A stretch of 64,000 nucleotides of DNA from Laetmonice hystrix. Taxonomy: Eukaryota. Position numbers and translations under genes: made by a program. The notes beneath the pieces were generated by a model. It ran no database searches. It was not told where the DNA came from and worked only from the letters and a program-made list of their open reading frames with translations. Within the stretch, counting starts at the first letter, position 1; every line of letters starts with the position of its first letter. The stretch spans positions 51,088,001 to 51,152,000 of the forward strand of contig OZ249437.1 in NCBI GenBank assembly GCA_965235115.1, in the 5' to 3' direction. This document shows positions 11,606-22,735 of the stretch, one piece after another.

Positions 11606-14081
11606 GTGGAGCCAGGAACGGCACCCTCCGTGTGGAGCCAGGAATGACAATCTTCGTGTGGAGTCAGGAACGGCACCCTCCGTGTGGAGTCAGGAACGGC
11701 ACCCTCCGTGTGGAGTCAGGAACGGCACCCTCCGTGTGGAGCCAGGAACGGCACCCTCCGTGTGGAGCCAGGAATGACAATCTTCGTGTGGAGTCAGGAA
11801 CGGCACCCTCCGTGTGGAGTCAGGAACGGCACCCTCCGTGTGGAGTCAGGAACGGCACCCTCCGTGTGGAGCCAGGAACGGCACCCTCCGTGTGGAGTCA
11901 GGAACGGCACCCTCCGTGTGGAGTCAGGAACGGCACCCTCCGTGTGGAGCCAGGAACGGCACCCTCCGTGTGGAGTCAGGAACGGCACCCTCCGTGTGGA
12001 GCCAGGAACGGCACCCTCCGTGTGGAGCCAGGAATGACAATCATCGTGTGGAGTCAGGAACGGCACCCTCCGTGTGGAGCCAGGAATGACAATCTCCGTG
12101 TGGAGTCAGGAACGGCACCCTCCGTGTGGAGCCAGGAACGGCACCCTCCGTGTGGAGCCAGGAACGGCACCCTCCGTGTGGAGCCAGGAACGGCACCCTC
12201 CGTGTGGAGCCAGGAACGGCACCCTCCGTGTGGAGCCAGGAACGGCACCCTCCGTGTGGAGTCAGGAACGGCACCCTCCGTGTGGAGCCAGGAACGGCAC
12301 CCTCCGTGTGGAGCCAGGAACGGCACCCTCCGTGTGGAGCCAGGGATGACAATCTCCGTGTGGAGTCAGGAACGGCACCCTCCGTGTGGAGCCAGGAACG
12401 GCACCCTCCGTGTGGATCCAGGAACGGCACCCTCCGTGTGGAGTCAGGAACGGCACCCTCCGTGTGGATCCAGGAACGGCACCCTCCGTGTGGAGTTAGG
12501 AACGGCACCTTCCGTGTGGAGCCAGGAACGGCACCCTCCGTGTGGAGCCAGGGATGACAATCTCCGTGTGGAGTCAGGAACGGCACCCTCCGTGTGGAGC
12601 CAGGAACGGCACCCTCCGTGTGGAACCAGGAACGGCACCCTCCGTGTGGAGTCAGGAACGGCACCCTCCGTGTGGAGTCAGGAACGGCACCCTCCGTGTG
12701 GAGCCAGGAACGGCACCCTCCGTGTGGAGTCAGGAACGGCACCCTCCGTGTGGAGTCAGGAACGGCACCCTCCGTGTGGAGTCAGGAACGGCACCCTCCG
12801 TGTGGAGTCAGGAACGGCACCCTCCGTGTGGAGTCAGGAACGGCACCCTCCGTGTGGAGTCAGGAACGGCACCCTCCGTGTGGAGTCAGGAACGGCACCC
12901 TCCGTGTGGAGCCAGGAACGGCACCCTCCGTGTGGAGCCAGGAACGGCACCCTCCGTGTGGAGTCAGGAACGGCACCCTCCGTGTGGAGTCAGGAACGGC
13001 ACCCTCCGTGTGGAGTCAGGAACGGCACCCTCCGTGTGGAGTCAGGAACGGCACCCTCCGTGTGGAGTCAGGAACGGCACCCTCCGTGTGGAGTCAGGAA
13101 CGGCACCCTCCGTGTGGAGTCAGGAACGGCACCCTCCGTGTGGAGTCAGGAACGGCACCCTCCGTGTGGAGTCAGGAACGGCACCCTCCGTGTGGAGTCA
13201 GGAACGGCACCCTCCGTGTGGAGTCAGGAACGGCACCCTCCGTGTGGAGTCAGGAACGGCACCCTCCGTGTGGAGTCAGGAACGGCACCCTCCGTGTGGA
13301 GTCAGGAACGGCACCCTCCGTGTGGAGTCAGGAACGGCACCCTCCGTGTGGAGTCAGGAACGGCACCCTCCGTGTGGATCCAGGAACGGCACCCTCCGTG
13401 TGGAGTCAGGAACGGCACCCTCCGTGTGGATCCAGGAACGGCACCCTCCGTGTGGAGTTAGGAACGGCACCTTCCGTGTGGAGCCAGGAACGGCACCCTC
13501 CGTGTGGAGCCAGGGATGACAATCTCCGTGTGGAGTCAGGAACGGCACCCTCCGTGTGGAGCCAGGAACGGCACCCTCCGTGTGGAACCAGGAACGGCAC
13601 CCTCCGTGTGGAGTCAGGAACGGCACCCTCCGTGTGGAGTCAGGAACGGCACCCTCCGTGTGGAGCCAGGAACGGCACCCTCCGTGTGGAGTCAGGAACG
13701 GCACCCTCCGTGTGGAGTCAGGAACGGCACCCTCCGTGTGGAGTCAGGAACGGCACCCTCCGTGTGGAGTCAGGAACGGCACCCTCCGTGTGGAGTCAGG
13801 AACGGCACCCTCCGTGTGGAGTCAGGAACGGCACCCTCCGTGTGGAGTCAGGAACGGCACCCTCCGTGTGGAGCCAGGAACGGCACCCTCCGTGTGGAGT
13901 CAGGAACGGCACCCTCCGTGTGGAGTCAGGAACGGCACCCTCCGTGTGGAGTCAGGAACGGCACCCTCCGTGTGGAGTCAGGAACGGCACCCTCCGTGTG
14001 GAGTCAGGAACGGCACCCTCCGTGTGGAGTCAGGAACGGCACCCTCCGTGTGGAGTCAGGAATGACAATCTTCGTGTGGAT
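11606..14081. repeat. Minisatellite, 26-bp unit, about 95 copies
   Basis: Unit GTGGAG(C/T)CAGGAACGGCACCCTCCGT with minor variants (GATCC, GAACC, GAGTT, and (A/G)ATGACAATCT(T/C)CGT units). Confidence 0.98.
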
Positions 14082-17000
14082 CGTGTGTTTACGTGCATAA
14101 AACCGTACCCTTGACAGACACCTCTGTTCAAACACCTTTCAATACATGAGCAGAAGGTGGTTTAATACTGCCGTAACTCGTTACATAATTATGGCAAAAT
14201 ATGTTAGATTATTTTGCCTGTCCTAAGGCATGCTAAATATGAAAGACAGAACCCCCATAGCTTTTTACATGAATTACACGTGTAATTCCGTGTCATTAGT
14301 AAAAACTCGCTGTTGCTTTGAGAGGATATTCTCCAACACTTGTAATCCTTCATCTCGCGCCAGTGAACTTTCTAATGGAGGTTTAATACTTGTACAAGTA
14401 AAGCCCGCCCGTCATTCGCCTCAGATGTTAGATTACCAAGTTATGAATACGACCCTTGCAGGCGTGAGCAGGGGGCCAGTGTCAACCACAGGCAGTAAGG
14501 ATCTCTTGATCGAACGATCCCTGCCAGACGAGAGATGATGGAGTTTTTCCCGCCACATGAGGGCGCCCTTGACAGGGTGCATTTTTAGGCGATCAGTTTT
14601 AATTGGCTGGGGGTAATTGAAAGTGAATAGGAGACTTACAGAAAGCGGGGGTAGAAATTGTTGCCGTTGTGAGGGCCGGGGTGTTGGCTGTCGTCTGCAA
14701 GGATGGGACTCTCCCACGTGACTGCCAGCCAGGAGATCTGGCATTGTAGCCATATGATTCGTGCATTATTCATCCTCATGGTATAAACGCGTCTTCTTAT
14801 GCCTCTATCAATATAAATACGGATATACTGTACTGCACCACTCATTCAATGAATAAGGCATGCTTTAGAGTATTAAAAAACCCAGGAGGGCCAATATGAC
14901 AACAACGAACAGACATTGGCCTCTGGGTACGGGTACGTATTTTATACACTGTTGATCTTCCGTGAAATTTTCCAGGAAAAGTGTGACCACACAATGTAGA
15001 AATGCGATCTTGTAAGAAGGAAGCAATTGTATTAAAGAGTGTAGAAAGACGATACGCTCTTTGGTTCTATATCAACCAAATGTAGTACAAACAATCTGGC
15101 GATATTTTTCCCCATCCTTGTCATTATCGATTTTTGTTTTGCCCTCCTTTTAAGTTATGTTATTCGCATGATACGGGGTTCTATACAAAAACCATAAGTA
15201 ATCATGATTTATATATTATGAATTGCTATATTATGCATTAATCTCTTAAGACCTTTTTCTGTAAGCATCCCGACTACACATATCCAGATGTCAGGGAAAC
15301 GGAAATTGCACAATACTCATCTCGTTCGATGGTAATCTGAATGTCAAGAAGATCGTTTCCTTGCGGGAATTTCTACTGAACTGAAGTAGATTGTCAAACC
15401 GCCAACCTTAGGATTCCACTCGCCCTGATGGGGCGTGTCCATTGTGAATGTTAAACCTGCTTAACGTTTGAAGGATCCACGCCTATCGATGGCAGCGACA
15501 GGTCACACTGATAACATAATGATTCAGTACTTAAAGGGAAAACCGCGTGAGACTATCGTCATTTTCTATTCAATAGGAATGATCCGATTTTGCATGCAAA
15601 TTTCGCATGAAAATATAGCCAAAATAAAGTAAAGTAGTGACAGCATTCTATAGTTGACGACTCCAAGTATCATACAAGTGTGTTTTAAGAACGCTGATTT
15701 CAGAATAGTTTGTCAGTTTACCTTTACATGGAACGGCTTCGTGTCTACGCTCTGGTAAAGTCTACCACCCCAACCTTTATTGTGGTCATTATGGTTAGAC
15801 TGGGTTATGGCCCTTTTGCCCCCTTTAAAACCCTTGAATTGGTTGTAAATCCACCTTGGGTTCAGCAGTTGGTGCCAGATTAAACGATCATTACCAATGG
15901 AAGGCAGCTGCTATCCTCCCAACGGATCTACCCAGGGGGAGAAAACTTAACAGATATTCTCACCATAATACGTGACTTGAATAGTCTTCTTTGTATGTTG
16001 ATATGGGTTCCCTTCGTCTGCCTCTGTCTGTGTGTCTATTTCTGTCTGTCTGTCTCTCTCCCTGTCACTCAGGTATAGCGTACAAAATGTACGACGTTAT
16101 CGATGTTTAAACAGTTTATTTTGGTATTATGAGTAGTTGCGATTGCGTCATCAACACGACTGGCAGCACTTTAATTAGAGTTTGCCCCAGAATGGACTGG
16201 TTTACTCCAGGGGCAAACAGCCAATGTTTAATCTCTGAATATTAGAACTACATGTGTATCATACCAGGCTTTAAGTCGGAGAAGTCAGTCTGAATTAAGG
16301 CTATCTTGGCTTCCCTTGCGGAACCAGATGGCTTCAATACAATTAGCGTTATCAGGCTGTTAGTTGTCATCATCATGCAGAACTCTGACAGCCGTATCAT
16401 GTTTCCGCGTCATACCGAAAGTATGTAAGATAAACAGTCACCATGATGTATACCCAAGTCATGACGTGGAGCACAAGGGCTTACAGAACATATCATATGC
16501 CATTACTTCGGGCTTTTTTCTACAAAAGGATGGAGGACTCTAAAAACTCGCACATTATCTATAAAATCTATCTACTTTGGAATGTAAACATGACAAAACG
16601 GTTTGCTTTGCGAGTTCAGTCTATCCTTGGTCATTGCAAATTGCATGTGATCGAACGGCGAGACAGATTATAATATTATGACTCATACGGCATGGATTCG
16701 GGTCATGCAGGCATTTCGTGTGCCCCTTTCAGAAATCAATAAAATAAGGGTCACGTCAGCGAACTGAACTCGCTACCCATTCCAAACGATATCCCCTTCA
16801 GCTGATTAGGCTAATGCCTTTTTTTGGGTTGAAAACAGAATGTTTATATAAACAGGTGTTCATGTCGATGAGGCTATGGGAGGGCATCCTACAACAGTAC
16901 ATTGAGGCCGGGATCCATGCCGGTCTTTTTTCTTTACTGAAAACGCGGGTGACGGGGCAGGCCTTTTCCCCGAAACGTTGGTTTGCGTAACTCGTATCCT

Positions 17001-20000
17001 GGGCCTTTATGTGTCGCTGACTTGGGTTTCAATTTGTTTCCTACTGGCATAAGTGACAATAAATCCTTATTCATCGGAAAGTCTATACCGGTATTAAATT
17101 ATTTGTGAGTGGCACTGGCGGGTTATCTGGTGCGGGTAGCAACGCGAGTCATTATGACGACAGCTCCAACACTGCTTGTAAAACTGCACTGACTTCCCTG
17201 TAAATCGCAACTGACATCCAGACATAAATCGTCTAGAAATCTTATTCATGCCGCCACCATCCAACAAATCTTTAAGCGCCACAACTGATCCCCCGGAGTG
17301 GCAGATCATACGGAATCATGATCACGTATCAGAGTTATGAAAGGTCAGTTGCTAACGATATGCTGTGATCGCCATGAAAACTGACCAACAGCGCGTAGAC
17401 TGGGCAGCGCCGTGCAATATTGCCGTCATAGCCCTTGTTGACGTCGGGCATAAGGCTGGCGGAAAATTATGACGACGGCCAACAAAGAGGACGTGGAGGA
17501 GCCGGGCGCCGCCTATATGATTATCACAGTGGATCGCCCTCGAAGATTGCTGATTGGCCTGGCGCAGCGTTTTGCCACCAGCTTTAAGAAGGTCGGGAGT
17601 TTTCCTATGCATATTGCTCTTACAGCGTCGATAGATGGGAGGCTTTTATTTGGTGGACCGTTTCATTATTCTTGCTTTAGACGATGGAGCCAGTCACCTG
17701 GGTCAAAATAGCTTTAAATCCTTATGAAGGAGTTAGCGTCAGGATCTAACCCACTTTGAATATAATGGTCAGGTAAGGGGTTAGATTGCTTGGAGAAATA
17801 ATTTTCACAGCAGTAATTTGACAAAATGAGGCAAATCATAAGATCTGGAGTTCTGGTCGATTAGTGTTTTATTACATGACGTATACAGGAGAGAAAAAAC
17901 CCACCGCACCACTCTGACAAACATTTGACAAACTGAGACTGCTCGGGGACCAGGGGCTATGATACCCGGTTCCCGTGTCATGTGAACGTTCGATAAGCCC
18001 ATCACTAGAACTGTCTACAGGTCCCTGCGGTGCTAACAACACCTGTAAAATTCCCATGGCGACGCTGGCTCCGAGGTAATAGGAATGCAGTGCGCACCAT
18101 CACCGCCATGTGGAGGTCTCGCGGGACCATTTCCGGGGCCCTGACGAAATCTCGTGGGCCGCGAGAACTGCCACTCAACCTGTCAGTCGGTTCGGACCTC
18201 TTGTTGGCGACATCAACAAAGCTGTGCGATTGTCGTCTGCGAGGACGACCCCTTGAGGTACCCATATCAACATTACTGTGCATGCATTACAAGTATTCCT
18301 ACCCAGCAGTGCCGTATGGATGTGTCTTGATTGGTGATTATCGGTGATTGATTAACCAAACTGCACAGACTGCGCGTGCATCGTTTGCTGTAATTTGGTT
18401 GAAGGTTCTCGAGGAGGGCCGCTGACAGCATCTTGTCGACGAAGCATTATGCTGCCGCTCGCCGCATTGATAATATAATATCCAAAGTCTACGTGCCTTT
18501 CACAGCGCAAAGACCTCCAGGACTAACTTAGTTTCCGATTTCCGAAGGCCCTTCACTAGTATTTGTGCTGGTGCACACACCAAGGGAAGTGAACACAAGA
18601 CCCCGTCACTTCCACCGCAGGCCACCGATCGGTTGCCTTGACTGGACAGGAGCCCAGGGGACTACTAGCCCCATACATCGTCGGAAAGCCACAACACATG
18701 TAGGAGTCAGATAAGCCTAAGGCTAGTCCTCTGACAGAACCCTTGCTTTAAAGACTTAATTACTGTTTCATCATTGATAGATAGCGTTCACGCCTGGAGG
18801 ATCCTCGAATCTAATGGCATTCGTCGAACAGGTGGCACCGGGGATTCGAGTGAAATGGTTAGTTCTATAACCCACTCAGACGAACGGAAAGACCGCGGGG
18901 CTCTGGGTGGGTATAAGGTTGTAGATGCCATGGCAGAAAATGTCAGTTTAATTTTGTTTCAGAAAGTCAGTCCGAGATAAATGCTTACCTCGGTAGAAAA
19001 CTAATGGGTGCTTCAGTGTTTGCCTACGTACCACATAGACATAGAAATTAGGGTTAGAGCCATATTGAGACATTTTTAGTCGCTGCGGAGACCAAATACA
19101 CCACATAATACAATGGGGCCATTCCAAAGAGGAAATGAACAATTTCATAGTGAGAGACGTCATGAAAGACGCTGGTACTTCATACCACTGTCTTCGATTG
19201 TTTTCACATAGTTTTTCCTCCAGGCTTTTTTTCTTGCGGTACGCCAGGCCTGCACTGCAAATATCGAATCAGGATGCACTGTGAGGGGCGATAAAAGAAA
19301 AGTCTGAAAGGTTTCAGGCGCTGATTAAGAGAATTTCTGGGGAGGCAGGGAGGAGAGGGGGTGGAAGACCAAGGGCACGTCCTGGGGAGATCGCTAACAA
19401 GGAAAGAGTTTCGCGCCACGGGATCGCTACGTTACACCCGACTCACATAAGTGGAATAGATCTCTGCCCGCCAGGTTTTCATGTCCGACTTCAAACTTCA
19501 TCTCTGCAGCCTCGTACCAAACAGCGCGGCCGATGGCCCACATTTCTCCCCTGTGCTATACACTAAGCACGTGTTAAGTGGAGCCTTTCTGTAGAAGTCC
19601 TATTCAGGGCTCGATCGATCAACTGTTGCCGGTAGCCAAACGACCTGCAGAGGACTGCTGGCATCGAGAGCTGTCGAGGGACGGCAGGAGGAGCTTGCCC
19701 GCCCTCGAAGGGCCTTTTCTCGACAGGTTCGGCGACGTCGTACGACTCGAATAAGTGGTAAATAAACATGCAGGATCAGATACGTCAACTCCAAGTTGAC
19801 TCTCGTGACTCGTCATATTATTTATTGTAGACTGGACCAACAAAGGAAGTGGCAGCGGATAAGTATCTAAAAGTTACCGACAATACAGTAGCAATAATCA
19901 AATCACTGCACTATAGAAACAACAAGCATTTAAGTCGATGGACTGAGCCTATAACTATAATGACCTTAATGTCTATGTAATAAACCATTTTTTATTTTCT

Positions 20001-20490
20001 TTAATATCTAAGTGTGTCGTTTGGCAATGTAAATGCTGGATGTAGAGAATCGTGTATTGTAGAGCAGCATTCATGGTCACAAACCTACTCACATACTTCG
20101 CTCAGCACATTTATCTACATTTATTACTGACGTGACGGTTCCCAAGCAAAGTACTCTCAAATGGAACGCCACCACATGCTACGTATGCCGTTTTCTGAAA
20201 AGAAACATGGTGGATGATAATTTATATATTGACCTTTGTTGATTTACTACCAGGACCCCTTTTTACGGTGAATATGTCCCAGAATCACTCGTAATCATGT
20301 TCCGCTCGCTGGCGCGCACTCCTCAGTCAGGTTCCCTATGAGAAGACCACTGGAAAGTACGACGGAGAATGACTTACGCTGCCATTACTTGGAAGGAGAA
20401 GAGGCCATGCCAACGCAGCCTTATTTTCCCTCCGACCACCAACGATATTAGCTCCTTCCTTGCGGAATGTATACCAATGTAATTCTGGGA

Positions 20491-21078
20491 GACGTGTTCA
20501 TTGGCACCAATAATTCGGTGGTGTATACCAAAATGTTTGCTATTATATAGGCGTGTTCATCGGCACCAATAACTCGGTGGTGTATACCAAAATGTTTGCT
20601 ATTATATAGGCGTGTTCATCGGCACCAATAACTCGGTGGTGTATACCAAAATGTTTGCTATTATATAGGCGTGTTCATCGGCACCAATAACTCGGTGGTG
20701 TATACCAAAATGTTTGCTATTATATAGGCGTGTTCATCGGCACCAATAACTCGGTGGTGTATACCAAAATGTTTGCTATTATATAGGCGTGTTCATCGGC
20801 ACCAATAACTCGGTGGTGTATACCAAAATGTTTGCTATTATATAGGCGTGTTCATCGGCACCAATAACTCGGTGGTGTATACCAAAATGTTTGCTATTAT
20901 ATAGGCGTGTTCATCGGCACCAATAACTCGGTGGTGTATACCAAAATGTTTGCTATTATATAGGCGTGTTCATTGGCACCAATAACTCGGTGGTGTATAC
21001 CAAAATGTTTGCTATTATATAGGCGTGTTCATCGGCACCAATAACTCGGTGGTGTATACCAAAATGTTTGCTATTATA
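20491..21078. repeat. Minisatellite, 59-bp unit x 10
   Basis: Unit GGCGTGTTCATCGGCACCAATAACTCGGTGGTGTATACCAAAATGTTTGCTATTATATA; copies nearly identical. Confidence 0.98.
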
Positions 21079-22135
21079 ATGTGAACGGCTTTAAGATATT
21101 GGCATGTTTCCGCAAGGAGGCCAATTATTAGAATAACACGGTTTCAGTGTTGATATATGAAGATATCTCCGCACGCCAAACCTGGCTAATTTCTAATTTC
21201 TACTTCCTGCACTGGGCATGAAGTACATATTGAATAGATTTGGTGTAAATATTTCATTGTGTAGTCTCCACAGACACACAGACAGAAAAAGTTAAAAAAA
21301 AATACTAGAGAGTCGGACAGAATATATTCAGAGCGGTCCATTCCAGCCAATTTCCGTCCAATTCCGTGTAACCTTCAACTGAGTGAATAGGATTATTCAT
21401 GGAGGATTTCCACTGCATATCGCTCTGTCAAGACAGAACGTAGTTCGTACGTTCTGCGAATGGGATTTGTATTGTTCTAGAATACGCTACGAATGGCCCC
21501 ATCCACCAAAACATCCACTGGGCAGTTTCACGTTGATGAGGATTTTAAGAGAGCGGTAATTATATTTTGCCAACATTGCAGAAATACAGTTTCTCCTACG
21601 GGGCCTAGCTGCCATATTCGACGCATTCCAAAGCATTAGTTTTACAGTGAGAAGGCTTGCAGGTAATAGCTTCATGCGAGGTGTGACGTCTTTGAGGTGC
21701 AGTTTGGTCATGAAATTCTCGCCCACAATGGAGTCACCATAACGACTCGGTGAGGAGCCGGACCGATTAAGACGAAAATAGCAGTCAGCCTGACATGAAA
21801 AACCAATCAAGGCGACACGTGACTGTTTTGGTTGATTACAATGGATCTGAGTACTCCATATCATCAATGGGGAATCAGAGAGTGGTACAACTCTCCGATA
21901 GCCGACCCTTCAACGTCGACAAAGGCTGAAAGTCGGACGATTCTACGAGACTTCACCCTTTGTCCCGCTTCCGTTGTGCCTTCTGGTGAATCTTTTAGGA
22001 GCCAAAAAAGCCACTTACTGTACGTATGCAAGTGGACAGGCAGAATGTTATCAGTCTGTACAGATAATACCTCCGCCGTCCACTCGTCCTTTCAAATGTC
22101 CCCGACATCCGTCAGGAAATGACCTGGAAGACTTT

Positions 22136-22735
22136 TCACAAACACTAGCTGTTCGCCTCATAGATAGAAACGTGGATACGTATACTATGCACCTATCACA
22201 AACACTAGCTGTTCGCCTCATAGATAGAAACGTGGATACGTATACTATGCACCTATCACAAACACTAGCTGTTCGCCTCATAGATAGAAACGTGGATACG
22301 TATACTATGCACCTATCACAAACACTAGCTGTTCGCCTCATAGATAGAAACGTGGATACGTATACTATGCACCTATCACAAACACTAGCTGTTCGCCTCA
22401 TAGATAGAAACGTGGATACGTATACTATGCACCTATCACAAACACTAGGTGTTCGCCTCATAGATAGAAACGTGGATACGTATACTGTGCACCTATCACA
22501 AACACTAGCTGTTCGCCTCATAGATAGAAACGTGGATACGTATACTGTGCACCTATCACAAACACTAGCTGTTCGCCTCATAGATAGAAACGTGGATACG
22601 TATACTATGCACCTATCACAAACACTAGCTGTTCGCCTCATAGATAGAAACGTGGATACGTATACTATGCACCTGTCACAAACACTAGCTGTTCGCCTCA
22701 TAGATAGAAACGTGGATACGTATACTATGCACCTA
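22136..22735. repeat. Minisatellite, 60-bp unit x 10
   Basis: Unit TCACAAACACTAGCTGTTCGCCTCATAGATAGAAACGTGGATACGTATACTATGCACCTA; only a few single-base variants. Confidence 0.98.

Noticed and set aside
11473-14114. Long ORFs (up to 662 aa) of repeated ERHPPCGVRNGTLRVESGTAPSVWSQ
   Set aside because: They are translations of the 26-bp satellite, whose main unit lacks stops in all + frames. Overlapping ORFs occur in every frame and on both strands, and no splice context was found.
15531-15728. Kolobok-like MITE (TTAA AGGGAAAAC ... GTTTACCTTTAC)
   Set aside because: The TIR match is short and the right TTAA target site is not intact.
16755-16820. tRNA-like or SINE head on the minus strand (TAGCCTAATCAG ... 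GAGTTCAGTTC)
   Set aside because: The A and B boxes are degenerate, no cloverleaf can be formed, and no second copy was seen in the window.
20491-22735. CRISPR interpretation of the 59-bp and 60-bp arrays
   Set aside because: The units are contiguous and nearly identical with no unique spacers, there are no cas genes, and the context is eukaryotic.
22136-22735. Hammerhead-like CTATGAGGCGAAC on the minus strand of the 60-bp unit
   Set aside because: It lacks the G of CUGAUGA and the GAAA core, and no stems I or III can be formed.
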